Part shown: positions 1 through 7,265 of the stretch, piece after piece
Position numbering within the stretch: position 1 is the first letter of the stretch
How the letters are laid out: each line of letters starts with the position of its first letter
NCBI GenBank assembly: GCA_049514855.1
Contig: JBEKUR010000003.1
Span: 12,768 to 76,767 of the forward strand
DNA length: 64,000 nt
Source: Terriglobia bacterium
GTDB taxonomy: Bacteria; Acidobacteriota; Terriglobia; UBA7540
Reading direction: 5' to 3'
Translations under genes and position numbers: made by a program
Notes under the pieces: model-generated
The model's database searches: none
What the model saw: the letters and a program-made list of their open reading frames with translations, nothing else
Told to the model about the DNA's origin: nothing

Positions 1-237
1 GAAAACAAAGGATCTTCCAATATACGATCACATTATCGCATATGGGAACACGAAGCGGGTAGCGGGCCACGATCAGTGCAGATCTGACCGTAGGGTCTTC
101 TCCTGCCCCAGCCTGGAGCGGATCGTTCTCACCCCGACACACGTATTCGCGGATGGCGTAGCCCTGCGATCTGGCAGTTTGCCCTTCCAGTTGTGGATTG
201 CGGGTTACTCCGGTACAATCAGGTGGAGGCGAAAGGC

Positions 238-468
238 ATGGCGACGGAGACGATCACAATTCAGGTAGACGGCGAAGCGGCAAGAGCCTACAAGGCCGCG
301 CCGGCTGCCGATCAGAGGAAGATGGGGGCGCTCCTCAGCCTTTGGTTGAAGGACGTGGCCATGGCGGAACCCGCAGCTTTAAAACAAATGATGACCGATC
401 TCAGCAAAAAGGCCCGCGACCGTGGCCTCACGCCGGAGATACTGGAAAACCTCTTGAAAGAAGCGTAG
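238..468 (+). CDS. putative type II antitoxin paired with downstream PIN toxin
   Basis: ATG at 238 follows a GGTGGAGG SD-like run, so listed ORF 193..468 probably starts too early. Small helical 76-aa product. Its stop lies 1 nt before the TTG start of the PIN gene. Confidence 0.55.
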   Translation: MATETITIQVDGEAARAYKAAPAADQRKMGALLSLWLKDVAMAEPAALKQMMTDLSKKARDRGLTPEILENLLKEA

Positions 469-469
469 C

Positions 470-874
470 TTGCGCTTCGTCTTTGACACCAACGTCCTAA
501 TCAGCGCAGCCCTTTCTGACGAATCGACGTCGCGGCGCGCCTTCGACCATGCCTTGGACCGCGGCACAATCCTACTCTCTTTACCTGTCGTGGCAGAACT
601 TAGTCAGGTGCTCACCCGGGACAAATTCCGTCCCTACGTCACCGAGGATGAAGCGAGGCAATTTCTCGCCGTGCTTGCCGGGGCATCCAAATGGGTCGAG
701 ATTGATGTTCGAATCAGCGACTGCCGCGACCCCAGCGATAACAAGTTCCTTGAGCTCGCGGTGAGTGGCCGGGCAACCCACATTATCACCGGAGACGGCG
801 ATCTCCTGGCGCTCAACCCTTTTAGGGGAAAGCCGGTGTTAACTCCTGGTGAATTTCTTCGGCAAGTTCGATGA
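470..874 (+). CDS. PIN-domain toxin (PIN_3-like)
   Basis: N-terminal 'FVFDTNVLISA', 'DNKFLELA' and C-terminal 'IITGDGDLL' match the acidic PIN motifs. TTG start at 470. Confidence 0.8.
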   Translation: MRFVFDTNVLISAALSDESTSRRAFDHALDRGTILLSLPVVAELSQVLTRDKFRPYVTEDEARQFLAVLAGASKWVEIDVRISDCRDPSDNKFLELAVSGRATHIITGDGDLLALNPFRGKPVLTPGEFLRQVR

Positions 875-888
875 GACATGCGGCGGCT

Positions 889-962
889 TGTTCATGAGGG
901 CTTTTTCTACCGCTTCCGGGTTTCTATCCATCACCCTGCAAGTAGGCGCGCACCGCGCTTTC
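889..962. repeat. 74-nt repeat, copy 1 (second copy at 2673..2745)
   Basis: 'tgttcatgagggctttttc.accgcttccgggtttctatccatcacc...ggcgcgcaccgcgctttc' is shared by both copies, with a 1-nt indel. Confidence 0.8.
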
Positions 963-992
963 CGGACATCTGCGCGCTTGCGGCGTGAAGAT

Positions 993-1421
993 TCACACCG
1001 CGTCCCAGGGGTTGAGAAGAACGACGCCGAGACCGGCAAAGTCCTTCACGTTCCGCGTCACGAGGGTAAGGCCGTGTTCAAGGGCCGTGGCGGCGATCAT
1101 GCCATCCGCGGCGCCAAGAGAACGCCCCGCGAGCAACCGCTGGCCCTCTAAGACACCCCATCGCTCGGCAATGGCCTGCGTCACGGGAAGAATGCGCCCG
1201 GCAAACCACGATGGGATGAGCGCATCGATGAATTGTTCTATTTGCGTGCGCTTGTCGCTCAGAGGAAGAAGCGTAGCGCCCTTGCGAAGCTCCCCCATCG
1301 TCACGACGCTGAGAAACTGGGAATCCTTAACCTGACTTTTGAGCCATGCGGCGACGTTAGCGTCCGGACGGGGGCGCAGTGTTTCCGACGGAATGTTGGT
1401 GTCGAGAAGATAGCCTCTCAT
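993..1421 (-). CDS. vapC: VapC-family PIN toxin
   Basis: 'YLLDTNIPSE...' N-terminus, 'DGMIAATALEHGLTLVTRNVKDF' C-terminal PIN motif, and a 4-nt overlap with the upstream antitoxin. Confidence 0.85.
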   Translation of the reverse strand: MRGYLLDTNIPSETLRPRPDANVAAWLKSQVKDSQFLSVVTMGELRKGATLLPLSDKRTQIEQFIDALIPSWFAGRILPVTQAIAERWGVLEGQRLLAGRSLGAADGMIAATALEHGLTLVTRNVKDFAGLGVVLLNPWDAV

Positions 1422-1669
1422 GACAAGTCCACCGGGCGGCCGGTGGAGGGGTTGCGGCTGAACAGGCGATCGATCTCATCGTCCCCAAGCAATCCCCGAA
1501 TAGGTTCGCAAAGATCGACCAGATTCGCGGCTTGCCCCGCGCCGGATGGAAGACGTGCGGCTTCTTCGAGAAGACCGGCGGCATAGGCTTCGAGCGCCCG
1601 ACCTTGCGTGGCAGCCTGGCGCGCGAGTTCAGCCTTAACCTCGGGTGCGATGTCAATGGTGATCGTCAT
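1418..1669 (-). CDS. VapB/FitA-like antitoxin
   Basis: 83-aa ORF overlapping the vapC start by 4 nt. Ribbon-helix-like N-terminus 'MTITIDIAPEVKAELARQA'. Confidence 0.7.
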   Translation of the reverse strand: MTITIDIAPEVKAELARQAATQGRALEAYAAGLLEEAARLPSGAGQAANLVDLCEPIRGLLGDDEIDRLFSRNPSTGRPVDLS

Positions 1670-1893
1670 GGGGCTCCTCTCAGGCCATCCTCGCGCCGCT
1701 TGGCGTGCTGATTTCCGGTCCCAAACCTCTTGCCTCTATTATAACCCGCTTGGGCTTTCGCCGCGATACACGATTAAACTGGCAATAGGCTCAGTTTAGG
1801 TTAACGCGGCTGGCGCTCCGATGCGTCGGCGCGCCAAACAAACACGGGCAACATCTCTGTCACCGCGTCCGTGGCCTGCTCTGGCTTCTTAAC

Positions 1894-2020
1894 GGTGGCA
1901 CAGGCACTCCTGCCTTTACTCTATGCATGAATGCATCAGCCTTGGACACCCCGATGCATCGGGGTGCCCGCTGCACGGGAGGCATCAGCCTTGGGCACAG
2001 GCAAGAGTGCCTGTGCCACC
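1894..2020. repeat. nested palindrome cluster (REP-like)
   Basis: Perfect 16-nt inverted repeat 'ggtggcacaggcactc' (1894-1909) / 'gagtgcctgtgccacc' (2005-2020). It encloses a perfect 20-nt palindrome 'caccccgatgcatcggggtg' (1947-1966) and the hairpin 'ggcacaggcaagagtgcctgtgcc' (1994-2017). Confidence 0.75.
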
Positions 2021-2081
2021 AGCAAACTGATTCACGATGGTTGCCCCTTGCTATTCTTTTCGGCGCGGGCATAATAGAGGC

Positions 2082-2339
2082 ATGCGCAAACAGAAGAAAC
2101 TGCTTTCCTATCAAATCAGCTTGATTCCCGAAAAGTCTGGGGGCTACACGGTCCTTGTCGCGACGCTTCCGGGTTGCGTTTCTTACGGAAGCACCATTGA
2201 AGAGGCCACGCAGAATGCCCGAGAGGCGATCGAACTTCATCTCGAAAACCTTGCCGCCCATAAGGAACCCATCCCCGAAGATAACGAGACCGTGCCCGTA
2301 TTCACAACTCTCGTTCAGGTGACACCGACGTATGTCTAA
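2082..2339 (+). CDS. hicB: HicB-family antitoxin
   Basis: 'YQISLIPEKSGGYTVLVATLPGCVSYGSTIEEATQNAREAIELHLE' is the HicB/UPF0150 fold signature. I take the start as ATG 2082; the listed ORF begins at 2037. Confidence 0.8.
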   Translation: MRKQKKLLSYQISLIPEKSGGYTVLVATLPGCVSYGSTIEEATQNAREAIELHLENLAAHKEPIPEDNETVPVFTTLVQVTPTYV

Positions 2340-2562
2340 GGAACTTCCCGCTTTGCGCGCACGGGAAGTTGTGCGCGCCTTGGAAAAAGCGGGTTTTTCC
2401 CGCTGGCGACAGAAGGGCAGTCACCTCACGATGTTCCGAGAAGCAGACCGGCGTGCGTTGACGATCCCCATCCATTTTTCCAAGACTGTTCCGAAAGGTA
2501 CACTTCGAGCCATCATCAAACAGGCTGGCCTATCGCCAGAGGAATTCCTGCGCAACCTGTAG
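2332..2562 (+). CDS. hicA: HicA-family mRNA interferase toxin
   Basis: 'REVVRALEKAGFSRWRQKGSHLTM...IPIH..KTVPKGTLRAIIKQAGLS' is typical HicA/YcfA. It overlaps hicB by 8 nt. Confidence 0.85.
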   Translation: MSKELPALRAREVVRALEKAGFSRWRQKGSHLTMFREADRRALTIPIHFSKTVPKGTLRAIIKQAGLSPEEFLRNL

Positions 2563-2672
2563 CATGCGCCCAATTACAACGTAGCTGTTAGCGGTCGCGG
2601 GTAGCGGCGGCGGTCAGCGCAGTCCTGGCCGTGGGGTTTTCTCATGCCTGATACCCTTCGCATCTCACGACC

Positions 2673-2745
2673 TGTTCATGAGGGCTTTTTCCACCGCTTC
2701 CGGGTTTCTATCCATCACCGTCAAACAGGCGCGCACCGCGCTTTC
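2673..2745. repeat. 74-nt repeat, copy 2
   Basis: Near-identical to 889..962. Lies directly 3' of a minus-strand toxin gene, as copy 1 does. Confidence 0.8.
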
Positions 2746-2770
2746 TGACCGCCTGCGCCAGCCGCCCGTC

Positions 2771-3061
2771 TTAGCGATACTCGCGGGTTTGGAGCAACGC
2801 TTTGACTTCATCGTGATTCCCCAGGAAAGAGACGAACAAGTCCGATGGCCGGTCCTGAAAGATGAAGCGTAACGAAACATTGCCGCGACACTCGAAAATC
2901 TTGTCGCCCAATTTGCGAATCCCCAGGCCACTGTGCACATGAGGGCGGCCAAAGGTCTCAGGCAACTCGCACAGCGCTAACAGGCACTCGGCTCTTTCGT
3001 TCTTCGGCAGATTCCGTAAGCGTCGTAACACAGCGGGGTCAATCGACAGAAGCTTACTCAA
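2771..3061 (-). CDS. RelE/ParE-superfamily toxin
   Basis: 96 aa. 'GIRKLGDKIFECRGNVSLRFIFQ...FVSFLGNHDEV' resembles RelE/HigB-like toxins. It overlaps the upstream antitoxin by 8 nt. Confidence 0.7.
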   Translation of the reverse strand: MSKLLSIDPAVLRRLRNLPKNERAECLLALCELPETFGRPHVHSGLGIRKLGDKIFECRGNVSLRFIFQDRPSDLFVSFLGNHDEVKALLQTREYR

Positions 3062-3332
3062 GCAGGTTCCTCAGTTGCTCGGTGGAGACGGTCACCAATT
3101 TCCCCGACCGCTTGAGCCGGCGATAGCGTTTATCGGTGGCCGCCGCAAACGCCGCAATCTGCTCTGGCGTCGCCGCGTATTCGCGTTGCGCGTAATCGGT
3201 GGATTCCACCTCGACCCTGCGCAGAGCAATGATTTCGGCCCCACGGATAATCCCGATGTCCTGTCCGCGGGCGGCAGAGTCAAGCCAGCGGCTCAGGTTC
3301 TTTTTCGCATCCGTTATAGTAAGAGTCTTCAT
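3054..3332 (-). CDS. Phd/YefM-like antitoxin
   Basis: 'MKTLTITDAKKNLSRWLDSAARGQDIGI' is a typical Phd/YefM N-terminus. Operon partner of 2771..3061. Confidence 0.7.
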   Translation of the reverse strand: MKTLTITDAKKNLSRWLDSAARGQDIGIIRGAEIIALRRVEVESTDYAQREYAATPEQIAAFAAATDKRYRRLKRSGKLVTVSTEQLRNLLE

Positions 3333-3444
3333 AGAGTCTTTATACAGTCTCTAAAGCGCTTTGTCAATCCCCTCCCGGCCCGGGCTGGTCGACTTTCCGA
3401 TTCGGGCGCCTGAGCGTGGGCCTGGTCCTGGCCAGGGAGCAAGC

Positions 3445-3520
3445 GTAGCGCGGACCTGCTTCCCAAGGTCTGCGGTTCTTGGGCGACAAAGATCGAAAAG
3501 CCGCAGACCCTGAAAACCGG
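3445..3520 (+). repeat. 76-nt direct repeat A ('gtagcgcggacctgcttcc...' family)
   Basis: About 87% identical, by hand alignment, to 6215..6289 in the same orientation. Contains GGACC/GGTCT hairpin arms. Confidence 0.8.
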
Positions 3521-3593
3521 CCCGTCCTGCGTCGCGACACCCCGTGCCGGTCGTTCCTAATTGCAGTATAATTATCGCCCAAGGTGGCCCGCT

Positions 3594-3962
3594 GTGAGCT
3601 TACAGGACGCTCGGGAAGTAGTACGCGAGATTAAAGCCAAAGTCGAAATGCAGACGCTTGAGGTAACGCGAGACGAACTGTGGGAACTGGTGCGACTTCA
3701 GCGAAACCCGCGATGGGATTGGCCGGCCGTTTTCAGCACTAATTCCAAACGTGAAATATGGGCTTTCAAGACATGTGGCTTGACCGGAGGGCGAGAGAGA
3801 GAAGAATTGCGTAGCGTTTCGAAAATACTAGACGCGGTGGCAGACAAATACCTCTCCATAAAGAGCGGAGGGGGGCGATTCTTTGTGGATGAGAAAGGCC
3901 CCTTTTACAAGGATCGACAAGCGCGTCAAACCAAGTTCGTGTGTTTTCGGATTTCCAAATGA
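3594..3962 (+). CDS. hypothetical protein
   Basis: ORF 3561..3962. The GTG at 3594 is preceded by AAGGTGG. Low-GC cassette; no motif recognised. Confidence 0.5.
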   Translation: MSLQDAREVVREIKAKVEMQTLEVTRDELWELVRLQRNPRWDWPAVFSTNSKREIWAFKTCGLTGGREREELRSVSKILDAVADKYLSIKSGGGRFFVDEKGPFYKDRQARQTKFVCFRISK

Positions 3963-4002
3963 TCGGAACTGCAAACGTTCACGGAAGCGGAGGGCAAAGC
4001 CA

Positions 4003-4101
4003 ATGGGAACTTGGCACATAGTTAACGCAATTCTATTAGCTCTTCTGATTGGTGCGCTTATTGGTGGGAAGGGGAGGAGTCGGAGAAGGCCCGGACCGTG
4101 A
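4003..4101 (+). CDS. possible 32-aa single-TM peptide
   Basis: ATG at 4003 lies 8 nt after GGAGGG. The product 'MGTWHIVNAILLALLIGALIGGKGRSRRRPGP' is a hydrophobic helix plus a basic tail. Below the ORF-track cutoff. Confidence 0.3.
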   Translation: MGTWHIVNAILLALLIGALIGGKGRSRRRPGP

Positions 4102-4143
4102 TTGCGTCGAACTCGGCATAGAGAATAATTGGAGGTGGTGGCC

Positions 4144-4302
4144 ATGGAGAACGTGAAGGACTTGGAAGAGGTCTGCTGGAGACTGGAACGTTGCCCCTCC
4201 GGAGGGATAATCAAAAGCGGCGAGCCATCCGTGACACTTCATGGCAAGAAGTACAACGTCGAGTGTGCAGAGGCCGAAGAGAGGGAAAGCACCTCTTCTT
4301 AA
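4144..4302 (+). CDS. possible 52-aa Cys-containing small protein
   Basis: ATG at 4144 lies 6 nt after GGAGGTG. Product 'MENVKDLEEVCWRLERCPSGG...VECAEAEE...'. Not in the ORF track. Confidence 0.3.
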   Translation: MENVKDLEEVCWRLERCPSGGIIKSGEPSVTLHGKKYNVECAEAEERESTSS

Positions 4303-4351
4303 TCAAGGAGATTGCAGTGGTGCAGAGGGAGCGGGGGTTGGACTGGCATGT

Positions 4352-4620
4352 TCAGCCGTTCGATCTCTTCCGAGACCCGCGGGTGGCGCAAACGCGCTGC
4401 GGCGGACCTTGCGCGTGCCCCCTGGCGTAGCACAGGATGCAGCCGATGATCCTGAAGCCCAGCTCAGCTCGGAGATCATCGAGCGTCCGCGTCAACGTGG
4501 GCTCGAACTGACCGGGGCGAAACATGCGGGCGCGCCGATAGACGTTCGCGGTCACATAGTGCAGATGATTCTCGCCGCAGTAGCGCTTGTGGCAGGGCAC
4601 TTGCGCGGTTTAGCGGGTTG
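4352..4620 (-). pseudogene. N-terminal half of a RAYT/IS200-like (Y1) transposase, decayed
   Basis: 'KRYCGENHLHYVTANVYRRARMF...LRAELGFRIIGCILCYARGHAQG' aligns with the 'HLHFITFSCYRR...GYVVMPEHVHLL' pattern. The HUH motif is degraded (RGH) and the ORF truncates soon after. Confidence 0.6.
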
Positions 4621-4703
4621 GCGTGGAGGCGCGTACATGAAACCCAAGGTTTGCGCCATCCGCGAGGAAACGCTGAAGGCCGGGGCTATGTTATGATCAT
4701 TTG

Positions 4704-4937
4704 ATGCCATCATGGGATGAAGTTAAGGCCTCGAAAGACGAAGTGGACGCGGCGCATGCCGCTCTTGGGTCGTACCTCGAAAGACCAGCTTCCCAACCGC
4801 AAGACATCGGACTTCACAAGCGCCTTGCAGATGAACTCCGTCTGTCTATAGACAGATACCATCAAAAATTGATGGAATTCCTCAGGGGACCGACTTCAAG
4901 TCAAACAGGCGCGTCACCCCGAATCACGGCCTGTTGA
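4704..4937 (+). CDS. hypothetical small helical protein
   Basis: 77-aa ORF in the low-GC cassette. No motif recognised. Confidence 0.4.
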   Translation: MPSWDEVKASKDEVDAAHAALGSYLERPASQPQDIGLHKRLADELRLSIDRYHQKLMEFLRGPTSSQTGASPRITAC

Positions 4938-5035
4938 CCGCCAGTGACAGATCGGCTCCGAGCGACCTTCCTATTGACTTCCAAAAACCGCAGTTCTAAT
5001 CTTGGTTCAACAAGCGGGGCCAGAGGTTTTTAGCC

Positions 5036-5611
5036 ATGCCAAGGTTAGTTGAAACAAAGGTTGGTCACTACATTGTGCGCCATTACTACAAACAATACTC
5101 GACTTGGCAAATCGAAGGGGATGGGGTGCAGTTCCTCAAAAGGCGCGGAGTTTCTCTTGGCGACATGTTCACTACTGGTCTCTTCATGCAATTGGAGCAG
5201 CTAGGGATGGTCTACGTCGGGAAGCGGCCTCCTATCCGGGTAGACCAGCGACTTAAAGAAACCCTCTCTCCGTATGACCGTGCGCTGCATGAACGGGCGC
5301 ATGCCTTCTATCAAGCCCTCTATGTCTCCAATCTTGATGACGCGTACAAGTTCCTTTTACCCCAGCTCCGAGTCGGGTTCACACTGGCTCAATTTGAGGA
5401 GAAACTTAGGCGGCCGGAGCGGTGGCTTGCCTCTTGGACGATTAAGGATTGCTGGTCCGTGCCAGCACAAATCAAGGACTTGCCCGAGGCAACGCGAATT
5501 GGTCTCGTCTTCATGGATCTTGGGGGTGCCCGCAATAAACTCCATGAGTGGAAGGACAAGTGGTACCAGGTACAGGACGTGTGGTACTGGGCGGGGCCGG
5601 TGGGAACTTGA
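5036..5611 (+). CDS. hypothetical protein
   Basis: 191-aa ORF with low GC (a sampled line gave about 42%). Protein-like composition; no motif recognised. Confidence 0.6.
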   Translation: MPRLVETKVGHYIVRHYYKQYSTWQIEGDGVQFLKRRGVSLGDMFTTGLFMQLEQLGMVYVGKRPPIRVDQRLKETLSPYDRALHERAHAFYQALYVSNLDDAYKFLLPQLRVGFTLAQFEEKLRRPERWLASWTIKDCWSVPAQIKDLPEATRIGLVFMDLGGARNKLHEWKDKWYQVQDVWYWAGPVGT

Positions 5612-5679
5612 GAATGCTGCCACGTAGTTGTCAATGCCCAACGAGTCGTCGCGGCTCACATTTAGGAGAACGGATCACG

Positions 5680-6186
5680 ATGGAGCAACTCACAGAAATC
5701 CTTCACCAAGCCACCGCTGCCATCAGCAACGGTTACTTTCTGTTGCCGATCCACGGGGCCCATCCTGTATACCGGGAGCGGGTGTACTGCTACGAACTCT
5801 ACCATCAAATGAGACTGCGGTGGCCGGACGGTTCCCCTTACCGCCTAAACGGGGAAGTGGATAAGAGCGCCCACCCTTGCTTTCAACAGATGGATGCCGG
5901 CAGACCCAAGCCGGACCTGCTCGTGCATCAACCTGGTTCCGGTGAGTACAATCACGCCGTCATCGAAGTCAAGAGCGTCGCTGGCGAGGACATCCAGAAA
6001 GACCTCGAAACCCTTTCTCTGTTCCGAAACGACTTCGGGTATCAGAGAGCCATCTATCTCATCTACGGGCCGGACGGCAGGGTTGCCAGGGTAAGGCCCT
6101 CGCCGACCGTGTTCCGCATTTGGCGCCTATCGAGGTGTGGCTGCATTTGGCGCCGAGCGCCCCGGCGACCCATTTACTCACTCTGA
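5680..6186 (+). CDS. PD-(D/E)xK nuclease-like hypothetical protein
   Basis: ATG at 5680 follows AGGAGA (5664-5669). 'KPDLLVHQPGSGEYNHAVIEVK' fits the PD...(D/E)xK motif. The last ~35 codons look non-native (see findings). Confidence 0.55.
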   Translation: MEQLTEILHQATAAISNGYFLLPIHGAHPVYRERVYCYELYHQMRLRWPDGSPYRLNGEVDKSAHPCFQQMDAGRPKPDLLVHQPGSGEYNHAVIEVKSVAGEDIQKDLETLSLFRNDFGYQRAIYLIYGPDGRVARVRPSPTVFRIWRLSRCGCIWRRAPRRPIYSL

Positions 6187-6214
6187 TGCCGCCCTGCCCG
6201 CAACGCCGAAGTGA

Positions 6215-6289
6215 GTAGCGCGGACCTGCTTCCTAAGGTCAGCGGTTCTTAGCTGACAAGACCGAAAAGCCGCAGACCCTGAAAAACGG
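6215..6289 (+). repeat. 76-nt direct repeat B
   Basis: Matches 3445..3520. Contains the 9-bp stem 'cgcagaccc'/'gggtctgcg'. Confidence 0.8.
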
Positions 6290-6345
6290 GTCTGCGCTAC
6301 CTCGCTCCATTCTGGCTCCTGACTTCTGACTCCTGACTCCTGCTT

Positions 6346-6483
6346 TCACGCAGCCTCGCGTTCCACCCGGCAGAGGAGAGCGGTGTGGGGCCAACCGCCG
6401 ATTTCCGGGCTACAGAACTCGGCTGCGTCGGGGCGGAGCATATTGGCGTTGGAATCGAAGACGCCCAACAATTCCGGTTCTGC
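6346..6483 (-). pseudogene. C-terminal relic of a molybdopterin oxidoreductase paralog
   Basis: 'AAEPELLGVFDSNANMLRPDAAEFCSPEIGGWPHTALLCRVEREAA' parallels the last 46 aa of the intact gene at 7266..9449. DNA identity over ~140 nt is about 80% by eye. Confidence 0.8.
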
Positions 6484-6737
6484 CGCCAGACGCGCATCTC
6501 CTGCGCTTTGCGCCGCTTCACCCGCAGCCCGGCGGCGATCATCCACTGCCGCAGCGTCTCCTTGCTCACCTTCACCGCGTGGTCCTTGGCCAAGTACTCG
6601 CAGGCCAGCGCGGCGTCAAAGTCGCGGTACTTCGCCTTCACCAACTTCAGCACCTTGCTGCGCAGACTCTGCCGCAAGCGCCGGTTTGACTCCCTACCCC
6701 GCAGCCGATGCGACGAAGGTCGATTCCATGGCGGCAC
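6480..6737 (-). mobile_element. ISNCY-family transposase N-terminal fragment
   Basis: 'LRSKVLKLVKAKYRDFDAALACEYLAKDHAVKVSKETLRQWMIAAGLRVKRRK' matches the HTH N-terminus of ISNCY/IS1202-group transposases. The catalytic core is absent. Confidence 0.65.
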
Positions 6738-7265
6738 TGCGGTGCGAGTGAGTGTCGGTTGACGATTGTCGATTGGCCTGGAAACGAAATTCGAGCATCG
6801 AAATCCGAAGCTCGCAAGGGGGCGGTCGAGTTTCCATTTTCCAGTTTCGAGTTTCGGTCTTTGGGCGCTTTTGCTCTTGACGCGAGCCTAGGGCTATGAT
6901 AGCCTATCTTCGTTGACCTATGGAGAGGGCCGGCACAGAGCGCGGGAAGGGGATTGGGAAGCGGCCCGCAAGGGGCGGGAAAGGGCAGGAAAATGCAAAA
7001 AAGATACTAAATAGAGGGAACGAACCTAAGGAGTTGTTGAAAACACAGGGCTTAGCTTGTTTTTGAGCTAAAAACGAACCCAAAACGAACCCAGTCTTAG
7101 TGCAAAAAGAGCGGATCAAAGCGAAAAAACAGGTCTCAGGTGGCAGGTTTCAGGTGACAGGGGCTCAACCAGGATTCGGGCTTCAGGAAACGAACGAGCA
7201 GGTCACAGGGGCTGGGGGCTCAAGGGCAGTGGCGAGTGGCGCCAGCCCGTTGGATCATCCCCCGG

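Noticed and set aside
193-6300. Chromosomal integron / gene-cassette array hypothesis for the TA-rich region
   Set aside because: The genes lie on both strands. No intI-like integrase is present. The recurring 74-nt and 76-nt repeats show no recognisable attC R''/R' (RYYYAAC/GTTRRRY) boxes by eye.
6904-7119. 71-aa minus-strand ORF ('KTGFVLGSFLAQKQAKPCVF...')
   Set aside because: It lies in repeat-like AT-richer intergenic DNA and its translation resembles read-through of a repetitive element. It has no SD and no motif.
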